A stretch of DNA of 18,717 nt, taken from NCBI GenBank assembly GCA_050125095.1, contig JASFEA010000061.1, positions 1 to 18,717 of the forward strand, read 5' to 3'. Below, in pieces: positions 8,660 to 18,102 of the stretch. Origin of the DNA: a bacterium (lineage in GTDB: Bacteria; Arandabacterota; Arandabacteria; Arandabacterales; JALGWA01). The position numbers and the translations under genes were made by a program. Numbering within the stretch: position 1 is the stretch's first letter; the number at the start of each line of letters is the position of its first letter. The notes under the pieces were generated by a model. It worked only from the letters and a program-made list of their open reading frames with translations, searched no databases and was not told where the DNA came from.

Positions 8660-8893
8660 CTAGTCCCCTTCAGGTTCCTCGAAAGGCTCGAGCTCGAACT
8701 TGTCTTCGCCCGCCTTGATGAGCTTGTTCACTTTCTTTTCGGCGCCTTCAAGCTTCTGGTGGCAGACCCGCGCGAGCTTAACAGCTTCCTCGAACCTTTT
8801 CAACGAATCGTCAAGCGGGAGGTCGCCCTTCTCAAGCTGGTCGACGATCTCCTCGATCTTCTTCATCGCGTCCTCGAAGCTCATTTCCTTCAT
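8660..8893 (-). CDS. xseB: Exodeoxyribonuclease VII small subunit
   Basis: SFEDAMKKIEEIVDQLEKGDLPLDDSLKRFEEAVKL...CHQKLEGAE. ATG at 8893 is best spaced from GAGG; 8899 is the alternative. Confidence 0.95.
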   Translation of the reverse strand: MKEMSFEDAMKKIEEIVDQLEKGDLPLDDSLKRFEEAVKLARVCHQKLEGAEKKVNKLIKAGEDKFELEPFEEPEGD

Positions 8894-10190
8894 ATGCATT
8901 GACCTCTTCTACGTTCTCAACCCTGCAGAGCGCGCCGCCCGCCGAGAGAACCACCCGGACGTCATCGCCTGCGTTTACCTGTCTGTATGTCGATATCACC
9001 TTGCCGGTTTTATCATTCAGAACCACCGAGTAGCCGCGCCTCAGCGTCGAGAGCGGACTCAGGGCGTCAACCCGGCCCACCAGGCCAGCAAGGCGCGCCT
9101 TCGCCGTCTCCAGCCGCGTCCCGACGGCACGCTCCGCCCTGGCAATCGCCTCGCCGGCGCGGCCGGCCTCGGCTTCGACCCGCGCGGCCATCGCGCGCTC
9201 GGTCCGGAGCAGGGCCTCATCGATATAACGTATCTGCGTCCTCAGCCTGTCGCTCATGCTTCTCAACCCGTACCTCGTCCCCAGGCTCTCTATGAATTTC
9301 TTGTGGCCGTCGATAATGCCCCTTATGGCCCGCGTCGCATGCCTGACCAGGAGGCCCAGCTCTGTCCTGGCTTCGACATAGTCGGCGAGTATGAGCGTGG
9401 GCGCGGCCGTCGGCGTGGGAACGCGGACGTCCGCAACGAAGTCGGATATGGTGAAGTCGGTCTCATGGCCCACGGCCGAGACCACGGGGATTCGGGAGTC
9501 GCCGATGGCGCGGGCCACCACTTCCTCGTTGAAAGCCCAGAGGTCCTCTATTGAACCGCCTCCCCTCCCCACGATCATGACATCTATCTCCCCGTACGCG
9601 TTCAGGTCGCGTATGGCAACGGCAATCTCTTTTGCCGCCCCCTCGCCCTGAACCGCGACCGGATACAGCACAAGATCGACTGCCGGGTAGATCTTGCGCG
9701 CCGTCCTTATTATGTCCCTTACGGCCGCGCCCGTGGGCGAAGTCACTATGCCTATTCGCTGAGGGTATGCGGGCAGCGGCCGCTTGCGCTCGGGCGCAAA
9801 GAGGCCCTCCTTTTCCAGGCGATTCTTGAGCTCGTTAAAGGCAAGCTGCAGGTCGCCTTTGCCCGCGTCCACCAGGCTCCGCACGATGATCTGGTACTGG
9901 CCGTACCTGTCGTACACGGTGACCTGCCCGTGAGCGTATACCTTCATGCCGTCTTCGGGCGTGAAGTCGAGGCCTGCGGCGCTGCTCCTGAACATCACGC
10001 AGCGCAGCTGGGCCGCCTCGTCCTTGAGAGTGAAATAGACGTGGCCCGAGGTGTGGAGCTTGGCGTTCGAGATCTCACCCACGACCCATACATAGCCGAA
10101 GGTTGCCTCGAGGACATCCTTGATTCGCGAGGTGATCTCGCTGACGGTCAGGGCCTTCTCTCCGTCAGGGAGACCGGTAGGCGAGCGCAT
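8832..10190 (-). CDS. xseA: Exodeoxyribonuclease VII large subunit
   Basis: VWVVGEISN, SGHVYFTLKD, GIVTSPTGAAVRD, GRGGGSIEDLWAFNEE, SAVGHETDFTISDFVAD, PTPTAA, LSPLSTLRRGYS. ATG at 10190 overlaps the folD stop (TGATG); the track's TTG at 10193 is an alternative. Confidence 0.96.
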   Translation of the reverse strand: MRSPTGLPDGEKALTVSEITSRIKDVLEATFGYVWVVGEISNAKLHTSGHVYFTLKDEAAQLRCVMFRSSAAGLDFTPEDGMKVYAHGQVTVYDRYGQYQIIVRSLVDAGKGDLQLAFNELKNRLEKEGLFAPERKRPLPAYPQRIGIVTSPTGAAVRDIIRTARKIYPAVDLVLYPVAVQGEGAAKEIAVAIRDLNAYGEIDVMIVGRGGGSIEDLWAFNEEVVARAIGDSRIPVVSAVGHETDFTISDFVADVRVPTPTAAPTLILADYVEARTELGLLVRHATRAIRGIIDGHKKFIESLGTRYGLRSMSDRLRTQIRYIDEALLRTERAMAARVEAEAGRAGEAIARAERAVGTRLETAKARLAGLVGRVDALSPLSTLRRGYSVVLNDKTGKVISTYRQVNAGDDVRVVLSAGGALCRVENVEEVNAYEGNELRGRDEEDRGDRRPA

Positions 10191-11065
10191 CAATCACCCT
10201 TCGCAGCGATGATAGTGTTCTTGATCACCATGGCCACCGTAAGCGGTCCGACGCCGCCCGGAACGGGCGTGATATAGGACGCCTTCTCCTCGAGCTCTTC
10301 GAAGCAGGCGTCCCCCACGAGGCGGTAGCCCTTCTTTGCCGTGCTGTCCTCCACACGGTTGACTCCGACATCTATCACCACGCAGCCGTCCGACACCATG
10401 TCGCCCCTGAGGTACCCGGGGCTTCCCATCGCGGTGACCACCATGTCGGCCGAGCGCGTGAAGAAGCCGATGTCTCTGGTCCTGGAATGGCAGACCGTCA
10501 CTGTGCAGTTGCGGCCCCTGGCCTTTTGCATGAGAAGCGCCGCCAGCGGCTTCCCCACTATGCGGCTCCTCCCCACTATGGCAACGTTCATGCCTTCAAT
10601 GTCGACCTCGTAGCGGTCGAGCATCTCGAGTATGCCGGCGGGCGTGCACGCAACCGTGTAGGGAATGCCGAGAAGAAGCCTGCCTATGTTCTCGGGGGTG
10701 AAGCCGTCCACGTCCTTGCGCGGGTTCACCCTTCTTATGATGGTATCGGTGTCTATCTGCGGGGGCAGCGGAAGCTGCACGAGTACGCCGTGAACGGCGG
10801 TATTGTCATTGAGACCGTCGATTAAGGATATGACTTCGTCCTGGTCGGCCGTAGCCGGCAGCGTAAGGGTATCCGACCCTATGCCCACCCTTTCGCAGGC
10901 CCTGGCTTTAGAGCCCACATAGACCGCCGAAGCCGGGTCATCTCCCACGAGCACCACCGAGAGGTGGGGATTGATCCCCGCGGCCTTGAGGGCGGCCACT
11001 TCGGCCGCGATCTCCTTCTCCAGCTCCTTCGCTACGGGCTTTCCCTTTAGTAGCTCAGCCGGCAT
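10190..11065 (-). CDS. folD: Bifunctional methylenetetrahydrofolate dehydrogenase/cyclohydrolase
   Basis: VGDDPASAVYVGSK, GVLVQLPLP, KDVDG, CTPAG, GRSRIVGKP, DVGVNR, ITPVPGGVGPLT. Confidence 0.97.
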   Translation of the reverse strand: MPAELLKGKPVAKELEKEIAAEVAALKAAGINPHLSVVLVGDDPASAVYVGSKARACERVGIGSDTLTLPATADQDEVISLIDGLNDNTAVHGVLVQLPLPPQIDTDTIIRRVNPRKDVDGFTPENIGRLLLGIPYTVACTPAGILEMLDRYEVDIEGMNVAIVGRSRIVGKPLAALLMQKARGRNCTVTVCHSRTRDIGFFTRSADMVVTAMGSPGYLRGDMVSDGCVVIDVGVNRVEDSTAKKGYRLVGDACFEELEEKASYITPVPGGVGPLTVAMVIKNTIIAAKGD

Positions 11066-11872
11066 CTAATCCCCTCCATGGTCCAGACACCTGTGTATGC
11101 GCTCCACTCCGACCGCCCTGCCTGTCGCCGTATCCACGGATACCACGAGGCCCGACAGCCTGACGTCTTCTTTACCGACCTCGAAGCGATTGGGCACTTC
11201 GGTGAGGAATCTCCTTATGATGGCCTCTTTCTCTATGCCTATCACGGAATCATGCGGGCCCGTCATGCCCACGTCCGTGATATAGGCGGTGCCGCCGGGG
11301 AGCACGCGCTCGTCGGAAGTCTGCACATGCGTATGCGTGCCCACGACGGCGCTTACGCGCCCGTCCAGGTGCCAGCCCATGGCCACTTTCTCGCTGGTGG
11401 CCTCGGCGTGCATATCCACCAGCACTATCCTCTCGCCTATTGTCTTCAGGACCTCATCCGCCTTGCGGAAGGGGCAGTCGATGGGCCGCATGAAGACCCT
11501 GCCCTGGAGGTTCACGACGGCGACCCTGTGGCCGCCTGAGGACTCGAAGACGGCCCGGCCCCGGCCCGGGAGGCCGGGCGGGTAGTTGAGGGGCCTCAAG
11601 ACACTGGGGAAGGAGTCCAGCTCCTCGGCCACGTTCCTCCTGTCCCAGATGTGGTTCCCGGAAGTGAGAACGTCTATGCCGAGGTCGGTAAGCTCGCCGA
11701 CTATCTTCCCGGTGACGCCGAATCCGCCCGCGGAGTTCTCGCAGTTGGCCACCGTGAAGCCGATATCGAATTCGCCCTTGATGCCCGGAAGGAGTCCCGT
11801 GACGGCCCTCCTGCCCGGACGGCCGATGATGTCCCCTATGAACAGGATATTCAGTATCCCGTTACTTGGCAT
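11066..11872 (-). CDS. ymdB: YmdB-family (TIGR00282-type) metallophosphoesterase
   Basis: [55 protein letters not shown]; conserved position after rny. Start uncertain (ATG 11872 inside rny, or CTG 11854). Confidence 0.93.
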   Translation of the reverse strand: MPSNGILNILFIGDIIGRPGRRAVTGLLPGIKGEFDIGFTVANCENSAGGFGVTGKIVGELTDLGIDVLTSGNHIWDRRNVAEELDSFPSVLRPLNYPPGLPGRGRAVFESSGGHRVAVVNLQGRVFMRPIDCPFRKADEVLKTIGERIVLVDMHAEATSEKVAMGWHLDGRVSAVVGTHTHVQTSDERVLPGGTAYITDVGMTGPHDSVIGIEKEAIIRRFLTEVPNRFEVGKEDVRLSGLVVSVDTATGRAVGVERIHRCLDHGGD

Positions 11873-13457
11873 ACTCCACTGCTCTCGTTTCCCTTATGAC
11901 GACCACCTTGACCTGCCCGGGATACTCGAGCTCGCTCTCAACCTTCCTCGCGATATCCCCGGCCAGCTCCTCGGCCTTGTCGTCTGTGACTTCCTTGTGC
12001 TCGACCATGATGCGAATCTCACGGCCGGCCTGGATAGCGTATGCCTTGGTGACCCCTCTGAATCCGTCTGCTATCTTCTCGAGCTTCTCTAGCCGCTTGA
12101 CATATGTCTCCAGCGTCTCGCGCCTGGCTCCCGGCCTGGCGCTCGAAAGCGCGTCGGCCGCCTGCACCAGAACCGAGATGGGCGACTCGGTTACCGTGTC
12201 GCTGTGATGCGTGGATATGGCGTGAAGCACCGCGGGGTTCTCGCCGTATCGCTGCGCCAGATCGGTGCCGATCTGGGCGTGCGTTCCCTCAGCCTCGTGG
12301 TCGACGGCTTTGCCTATGTCATGAAGCAGGCCGGCTCGCTTGGCGAGCGAAGGGTCGAATCCCAGCTGAGATGCCATGGTGCCCGTGAGGAACGCGACTT
12401 CCTTGGCATGCTGCAGCACGTTCTGGCCGTAGCTGGTGCGGTATTTAAGCCTTCCCAGGAGCTTTATGAGTTCGGGGTGCAGCCCGTGCACACCCACGTC
12501 CAGGGACACCTGTTCGCCGGCCTCGCGGATCTTCTCTTCCATTTCCGTCTGGGCCTTTGTCACTATCTCCTCGATGCGCGCCGGGTGAATCCTACCGTCT
12601 GAAACCAGCCGCTCCAGGGATACCCTGGCTATCTCGCGCCTTATGGGGTCGAAGCCGGATAGAATGACGGCCTCCGGCGTGTCGTCGATGATGACGTCTA
12701 TGCCGGTTGCCATCTCGAAGGCCCTGATATTGCGGCCCTCCCGGCCGATTATGCGACCCTTCATCTCCTCGTTGGGCAGGTCGACGACCGACACCGTGGA
12801 CTCCACGACATGGTCGGCGGCGCATCTCTGTATGGCCAGAGTCAGTATTTCCTTGGCCTCCCTATCGCCGGTGCGCTCAGCATCTTCCTTGATCTGGCGG
12901 ATGCGCTGGGCGGCGGCCGAGCGGGCCTCCGCCTCGAGATTGGTCATGAGGATCTGCTTGGCCTCGTCTGTCGTCATGCCGGCGATGCGCTCGAGGCGCT
13001 TGTTCTCCTCCTCCATGAGGACCTTGAGCTGCCGCTCCTTCTCGCCGTATTCCTTTTCCTTGATATTGACATCGCGCTCGCGCCGCCTGAGGTCGCCTTC
13101 TTTCTTGTCCAGGATGTCGACCTTGCGGTTGAGGTTCGCCTCCCGCTCGCTGAAGCGTTTCTCGAGGCGCCCCAGCTCAGACTTTCTGGCCTGGGTTTCC
13201 CTTTCGAAGCTCTCCTTGGCCTTGTACCACTGGTCCTTGGCCTCAAGGACGGCTTCGCGTTTATGGGTCTCGGCTTCTTTCTTGGCCTCAGTGATGATCT
13301 TCTCAGCGAGCTTTTCGGTGCTCATGAGCTTGCTCTCGCTGGCGCGCCTGTGCGCGTACCAGCCGAGCAAGAAAATCAGGACGCCCACCACCAGTGAAGT
13401 GATGGGGTGTTGTAGAAGCTCCACTGCCGAGCTCTGAGCAATAGTCTGTGCAATCAT
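11862..13457 (-). CDS. rny: Ribonuclease Y
   Basis: N-terminal hydrophobic anchor ([16 protein letters not shown]), coiled coil, KH motif [17 protein letters not shown] motif [22 protein letters not shown]-terminus [28 protein letters not shown] upstream. Confidence 0.98.
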   Translation of the reverse strand: MIAQTIAQSSAVELLQHPITSLVVGVLIFLLGWYAHRRASESKLMSTEKLAEKIITEAKKEAETHKREAVLEAKDQWYKAKESFERETQARKSELGRLEKRFSEREANLNRKVDILDKKEGDLRRRERDVNIKEKEYGEKERQLKVLMEEENKRLERIAGMTTDEAKQILMTNLEAEARSAAAQRIRQIKEDAERTGDREAKEILTLAIQRCAADHVVESTVSVVDLPNEEMKGRIIGREGRNIRAFEMATGIDVIIDDTPEAVILSGFDPIRREIARVSLERLVSDGRIHPARIEEIVTKAQTEMEEKIREAGEQVSLDVGVHGLHPELIKLLGRLKYRTSYGQNVLQHAKEVAFLTGTMASQLGFDPSLAKRAGLLHDIGKAVDHEAEGTHAQIGTDLAQRYGENPAVLHAISTHHSDTVTESPISVLVQAADALSSARPGARRETLETYVKRLEKLEKIADGFRGVTKAYAIQAGREIRIMVEHKEVTDDKAEELAGDIARKVESELEYPGQVKVVVIRETRAVEYAK

Positions 13458-13475
13458 ATATAGCCACCTCCCACC

Positions 13476-13572
13476 TGTGTCCGCGCCTGCGCTGACTGTT
13501 CACCAAAAGAGTGGGATAATGCTGTGGCCTGAAGGGGAAATACACAGTTCAGAAGGACTGCGGCTCCTCACA
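13476..13572 (-). ncRNA. Candidate structured RNA (compact 6S-like RNA or rny leader)
   Basis: Ends pair by eye: UGUG/CACA, CCGC/GCGG, CCU/AGG, CUGA(A)CUGU/ACAGUCAG, then an unpaired GUAUUUCCCC and a short apical stem. Lies between zapA and rny, a common ssrS position, but is about half the normal 6S length. Confidence 0.35.
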
Positions 13573-13590
13573 AAGATAAAGCCAGATAAA

Positions 13591-13881
13591 TCAAGGGGTT
13601 ATCTCTTCCAGCTTCTCCTTCATACGCGAGGTAGCCGCCTCAATTCCGGTTAAGATGCGATTTTTCTCATCTTTTTCTTTGAAAAGCTCTTCAGCGATAT
13701 TGAGGGCGGCGAGTATTGCGGTCTTGGAAATCGAACCAAGCGATGTTCCCCTGGCGACTTCCTTCATCTTGGTGTCGACGTACTTGGCTATTTGAGCCAC
13801 GTATTGAGGATCTGCGTCGCCACTTATTCTATACTCCTGCCCGTATATCTCGACCTTGGTGCTGCCCTTATCGTCGGGCAC
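13591..13881 (-). CDS. zapA: Cell division protein ZapA
   Basis: TKVEIYGQEYRISG...YVAQIAKYVDTKMKEV...KTAILAALNIAEEL. GTG at 13881 follows GAGGAGG at 8 nt, so it is preferred over the track's TTG at 13908. Confidence 0.93.
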   Translation of the reverse strand: MPDDKGSTKVEIYGQEYRISGDADPQYVAQIAKYVDTKMKEVARGTSLGSISKTAILAALNIAEELFKEKDEKNRILTGIEAATSRMKEKLEEITP

Positions 13882-13959
13882 CCAGGATCCCTCCTCGCTG
13901 AGAGTCAATACGAATCATCCGAACTGTATAATCCACCCCAACCACATCCCAAGTTATTT

Positions 13960-14232
13960 TTACTGCAAACTGTCAACTTTCGCAAGCATAGAAACTACTT
14001 TTGACTTCAGCATCTTGTAATTCTTCTCGTAGGCCCTGTTGTCGGCCACGAGCTTATTTATATGTCCAACCTCCTTCTCGCTCTTTGAGAGGTGCTTCTC
14101 GAGAGAAGCCACCTTTTTTTCGAGCTCTCTATTCCTTGAAACAAGGTCCATATTCTTCTGCTTGGCACTTTTGTACTTCTCTACAATACTCTCGACCTTC
14201 TTGGTCAAAGCTTCGAGATCACCCAGCTTCAT
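13960..14232 (-). CDS. Small coiled-coil protein, ZapB-like by position
   Basis: 90 aa, Lys/Glu-rich heptad pattern (LEALTKKVESIVEKY...NRELEKKVASLEK). SD GGAGG upstream; sits between pheT and zapA. Confidence 0.7.
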   Translation of the reverse strand: MKLGDLEALTKKVESIVEKYKSAKQKNMDLVSRNRELEKKVASLEKHLSKSEKEVGHINKLVADNRAYEKNYKMLKSKVVSMLAKVDSLQ

Positions 14233-14258
14233 ATGGGTACCCTCCCCGCATCCTCCAT

Positions 14259-14264
14259 ATTATA
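14259..14264 (-). promoter_or_regulatory. Putative internal -10 box (TATAAT) for the zapB-like/zapA/rny segment
   Basis: Perfect TATAAT in an AT-rich patch just after the pheT stop, about 27 nt upstream of the next ATG. No convincing -35. Confidence 0.35.
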
Positions 14265-14266
14265 TA

Positions 14267-16663
14267 TCAGCTCGATCTTAACCTGCCACCCAGCCGGTTT
14301 GCAATACTATCTTCAATCTTTTTCTGCAAGTCGTTGACTTCGTCCTCCTGTAGCGTCCTCTCGTCGCTCTGGAAGACCGCATTATAGGCCAGGCTTACCA
14401 TTCCCTCGGGGACCTGTTCTCCCGTATAGACGTCGAAGAGGTCCAGACCCTTGAGCAGCGGGCCGCCCTCCGACAATATGAGGCCCCTGACATCGGCCTC
14501 CACAACGCTTCGCGGCACGATGACAGCCAGGTCCCGCTTGAGCCCCGGGAACCTTGGGATCTTGACGTACCTGACCCCCTCCCGCACGCGGTCCATGAGG
14601 GCGTCGAGGTCGAGCTCGGCCAGGAAGATCCTCCGGGCGACGCCTATCTCCTCGACTATGGCCGGCAGGAGCTCGCCGACACAGCCCACGGGGACCTCGC
14701 CCCCCTTCTCCCCGACCTGCACCCTGGCCCTGCGCCCGGGGTGCAGATATGAAACCTCCGAAGGGCCGAAACTGATATTAACGTCCAGATATGCCGCAAG
14801 GCTCTCCACGGCCCCCTTTATGTCGAAGAAATCGAATTCCCTGGGCTCCGAATGCCAGGACTTCTCGCGGCTCAGGCCGCTCATGCCGATTGTGAGCGTG
14901 TATCTTTCGTCGAACTCGCTCCCCCGGGCCCTGAAGGTCTTGCCTATCTCGAAGACGGCCACGCTGTCCCTTCCCCTGTTGAGGTTCCTGGCCAGGACCT
15001 CTGCCACTCCGGGTATCATGCTGGGTCTCATGAAGGACGTCTCTACGCCCAGCGGGTTGCGGACGGGGATCACGTTCTCCCGCGATATCCTGAATTTCTC
15101 CAGGCTCGTCGGCCCCAGCATGGAATCGGTAAGGACCTGCGTGATGTCCATGCCCAGCAGGGTCTCTTCTATTGTGCCCGTGATGCGGAGCTTGCCGTCT
15201 ATCCTGCCGTAGGACTGGGTCGAGACAGCCGTACGCTCGCCGATCCTGTCATAACCGTAAAGCCTCAGTATCTCCTCCGCGACGTCCGCCTCTCCCTCGA
15301 CGTCATTCCTTCGCGAAGGCACCACCACCTCGAGCTCCTTGCCCGGATTGACGAGGAAACCGAGCCTCTCGAGATAGTCGCACATCTCCTGCTCCGGGAT
15401 TGAGGTCCCGAGCAGCCGGTTTATGCGCTTTGGGTCCGCAAAGACGTGCCTCGGCGGCCTGGGATCGGGGTAGACATCGATCTTGCCCGCATGAAACGGG
15501 CAGTCTTTATCGGTACGGATGAGCGACGCCGCCCTGGCAAGAACATAGAGCACCGCGCCCACGTCCACGCCCCGCTCAAAGCGGTATGAGGCCTCAGTCG
15601 TTATTCCCAGCCGCTTTGCGGTGCGCCTGACCCGGGCGTGATCGAAGAACGCTCCTTCAAGGAGAATCTTCTCAGTGGAAAAACCGACTTCGGAGTTCTC
15701 GCCCCCGATTATGCCCGCTATGGCCACCGGCTTATTCGCGTCGGCTATTACGACATCGTCTTCATTGAGGTCGTATTCATTGCCGTCGATGGCCTTGATC
15801 TTCTCGCCCTTCTTCCCGCGGCGCACCACTATTGCCCCGCCCTCGAGCCTGTCCAGGTCGAACGCGTGCAGCGGGTGGCCGGTCTCGAAGAGCACCGTGT
15901 TGGTGGCATCGACCACGTTGTTGATCGCCCGCAGGCCCGCGAGCCGCAGCCTGGCGCGCACATGCGCAGGCGAGCGCTTGACTTCCATGCTGTCGCAGAC
16001 AAGGGCCCCGTAACGGGGGCATCCCTCGGCGTCCTCCACTTCCACCCTGGCCATGGCGGACAGCTCCGATCTCTCGCTGCCCAGCGAGGGTTCGGGGATC
16101 AGGAGTTCCTTGCCGTAGACCGCCGCCAGCTCCCTCGCAATGCCGATGAGTCCCAGGCAGTCCGGCCGGTTGGGGGTGACCTCCACTTCGATTATGGGCT
16201 CGTCGAGGCCGAGCACATCTATCAGGCTGGTGCCGGGCGCGACCGCGCTGTCGAGGGCCATGAGCTCCTCCTTGGAGTCATCGATCCATGCCTCCCAGCC
16301 CGAGCAGAGAATGCACTCGGACATGACATCCGAGATCCTGGCCTGCTCGACCACGACGCCGCTTCCGAGTTTGGCCCCGGGCAGCGCCACCGGGTATACA
16401 TGGCCCACCTCGACATTGGGGGCGCCGCAGACGGACTTGTGCTCGGCGAAGCCCACGTTGACATCGACCACCTTGAGGCCCGAAACCGCAGGATGCGGCT
16501 CGACCCCGGTGACCCGGCCCGCCACGAAGGAGTCCAGCATTTCCCATTCATTGGGCAGGACTTCGGCCTCGCCGAAACCCAGCATTATGAGCTGCTTGCA
16601 CAGTTCTTCGGGCGAGACGTCTATCTTGACGAATTCCTGCAGCCAACGGTATGGAATCCTCAT
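14267..16663 (-). CDS. pheT: Phenylalanine--tRNA ligase beta subunit
   Basis: MRIPYRWLQEFV, VCGAPN, EVTPNRPDCLGLIGIARE, INNVVDATN...HPLHAFD, TEASYRFERGVD, DVAEEILRLYGY, C-terminal FDX-ACB domain (RDLA...LFDVYTG...SLAY); 798 aa. Confidence 0.97.
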   Translation of the reverse strand: MRIPYRWLQEFVKIDVSPEELCKQLIMLGFGEAEVLPNEWEMLDSFVAGRVTGVEPHPAVSGLKVVDVNVGFAEHKSVCGAPNVEVGHVYPVALPGAKLGSGVVVEQARISDVMSECILCSGWEAWIDDSKEELMALDSAVAPGTSLIDVLGLDEPIIEVEVTPNRPDCLGLIGIARELAAVYGKELLIPEPSLGSERSELSAMARVEVEDAEGCPRYGALVCDSMEVKRSPAHVRARLRLAGLRAINNVVDATNTVLFETGHPLHAFDLDRLEGGAIVVRRGKKGEKIKAIDGNEYDLNEDDVVIADANKPVAIAGIIGGENSEVGFSTEKILLEGAFFDHARVRRTAKRLGITTEASYRFERGVDVGAVLYVLARAASLIRTDKDCPFHAGKIDVYPDPRPPRHVFADPKRINRLLGTSIPEQEMCDYLERLGFLVNPGKELEVVVPSRRNDVEGEADVAEEILRLYGYDRIGERTAVSTQSYGRIDGKLRITGTIEETLLGMDITQVLTDSMLGPTSLEKFRISRENVIPVRNPLGVETSFMRPSMIPGVAEVLARNLNRGRDSVAVFEIGKTFRARGSEFDERYTLTIGMSGLSREKSWHSEPREFDFFDIKGAVESLAAYLDVNISFGPSEVSYLHPGRRARVQVGEKGGEVPVGCVGELLPAIVEEIGVARRIFLAELDLDALMDRVREGVRYVKIPRFPGLKRDLAVIVPRSVVEADVRGLILSEGGPLLKGLDLFDVYTGEQVPEGMVSLAYNAVFQSDERTLQEDEVNDLQKKIEDSIANRLGGRLRSS

Positions 16664-16681
16664 TACCTGACCCTCTATGTC

Positions 16682-16714
16682 TCTATTCTATATCTATTCT
16701 ATATCTATTCTATG
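16682..16714. repeat. AT-rich 11-bp tandem repeat, 3 copies (TCTATTCTATA x2 + TCTATTCTATG)
   Basis: Read directly: 16682-16692, 16693-16703, 16704-16714. The last copy contains the pheS stop codon. Confidence 0.9.
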
Positions 16715-17741
16715 TCCTGAACTGTCTCAGGAACCTCAGATCATTGTCGTAGAGAACCTTCATGTTCTCTATACCGTACTTGAGCATCGCCAGTCTCTCG
16801 ACTCCCATGCCGAAAGCGAAACCGGTGACGGCTCTCGGGTCGTAACCCACATGCCTGAAGACGCTGGGGTGCACCATGCCGCAACCCAGGACCTCCACCC
16901 ATCCCGAGTCCTTGCAAAGCCTGCAACCCCCGCCGCCGCAGACCAGGCATGAGATGTCAAGCTCGGCGCTGGGTTCGGTGAAAGGGAAGAAGTGCGGCCT
17001 GAACCTGACGCGCGTCTCGGTTCCGAAAATCTCCCGGGCGAAAGCGGCCAGCGTTCCCTTCAGGTCGGCCATGCTGACCTCGTAGTCAACGTAAAGCCCC
17101 TCAACCTGGTAGAAGCTTATGACATGCGAAGCGTCCGGCGTGTCCCGCCTGTGGCACCTCCCCGGCACGATGACCCGCACCGGCGGTGGCTGCGACTTCA
17201 TTACGCGTATCTGGCCCGGTGAGGTATGCGTGCGCAGGACGAAGCCGTCGGCGACATAGAAAGAGTCCTGCTCGTCGCGGGACGGATGCCAGTCGGGCGT
17301 ATTGAGAGCGTCGAAGTTGTTGTACTCGGTCTCGATCTCCGGGCCCTCGACGGATGTGAAACCCATCCCGAGAAAGACTTCCATGATCTCACGCATCATC
17401 TTGATCGTGGGATGCAGTCCGCCGATCGCGGAAGTCCTGCCCGGGAGCGTTATGTCGAGGGACTCTTCAAGGAGACTTCTCTCGTCGCGCGCGCCCTTGA
17501 GCGCCGCCTTGCGGGCGTCTATATCGGCCGTGAGGGCGCTCTTGGCCACATTGAGGAGTTTACCGAGTTCCTTCCTCTCCTCGGGCTTTGCCTCGCCGAG
17601 CTTTCTTAAGAGCCCTGTAAGGAGCCCCTTGCGTCCCAGGTACTTGACTCGGACGGCTTCGAGGTCTTCAAGGCTCTTCGCAGAAAGGATCTCCTCCTTG
17701 GCGGTATTTTCTAGTTGCCTCGCCTCATCACTCGGATCCAT
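16710..17741 (-). CDS. pheS: Phenylalanine--tRNA ligase alpha subunit
   Basis: [58 protein letters not shown] insert, [23 protein letters not shown]. Likely start ATG 17741 (MDPSDE...); the track's 17810 start lies deep inside rplT. Confidence 0.97.
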   Translation of the reverse strand: MDPSDEARQLENTAKEEILSAKSLEDLEAVRVKYLGRKGLLTGLLRKLGEAKPEERKELGKLLNVAKSALTADIDARKAALKGARDERSLLEESLDITLPGRTSAIGGLHPTIKMMREIMEVFLGMGFTSVEGPEIETEYNNFDALNTPDWHPSRDEQDSFYVADGFVLRTHTSPGQIRVMKSQPPPVRVIVPGRCHRRDTPDASHVISFYQVEGLYVDYEVSMADLKGTLAAFAREIFGTETRVRFRPHFFPFTEPSAELDISCLVCGGGGCRLCKDSGWVEVLGCGMVHPSVFRHVGYDPRAVTGFAFGMGVERLAMLKYGIENMKVLYDNDLRFLRQFRT

Positions 17742-18102
17742 AGGCCTTATCGAGTGCCCCCTTCGCGGTCTGCACGACCTCCTTGAACGCGGCTTCGTCG
17801 TTAACCGCAAGGTCGGCGAGGATCTTTCTGTCGATCGCGACCCCGGCCTTCCTCAGGCCGTCCATAAGCCTTCCGTAGCCCATGCCGTTCATTCTGGCGG
17901 CAGCGTTGATTCTCATGATCCAGAGGGACCGCATGTCCCTCTTCTTGGTCCTTCTGTCGCGATACGCGTATGCCAGGGCCCGTCTCACGCTCTCCAGCGC
18001 CGTCCTGTAGAGCCTGTGTTTCGAGCCCACATAGCCTTTCGCGGCCTTGAGCACCTTCTTTCTCCTCCGCCTCGACTGGACGGAGCTCTTAGTCCTTGGC
18101 AT
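17728..18102 (-). CDS. rplT: 50S ribosomal protein L20
   Basis: [58 protein letters not shown] at 18109-18113. Confidence 0.98.
   Translation of the reverse strand: MPRTKSSVQSRRRRKKVLKAAKGYVGSKHRLYRTALESVRRALAYAYRDRRTKKRDMRSLWIMRINAAARMNGMGYGRLMDGLRKAGVAIDRKILADLAVNDEAAFKEVVQTAKGALDKAYGSE

Noticed and set aside
11063..11068. ymdB TAG directly followed in frame by folD ATG (possible amber readthrough fusion)
   Set aside because: folD has its own GGAGG SD, both proteins are full length, and other genes here use TAG as a normal stop. There is no evidence of recoding.
13303..13545. 80-aa minus-strand ORF across the zapA-rny spacer
   Set aside because: It overlaps rny out of frame, has no clear SD and shows no protein-like features.
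14229..14258. 9-codon mini-ORF (MEDAGRVPI*) whose TGA overlaps the ATG of the ZapB-like gene
   Set aside because: It has no SD of its own and starts immediately after the putative -10, so it would not be on that transcript. Likely chance.
16682..16714. Tandem repeat as a CRISPR array or a pheS-pheT readthrough signal
   Set aside because: Units are 11 bp with no spacers and no cas genes are present. pheS and pheT are out of frame, and further TAGs block readthrough.
17728..17810. Phe attenuator or T-box upstream of pheS
   Set aside because: pheS overlaps rplT by 14 nt, leaving no leader region.
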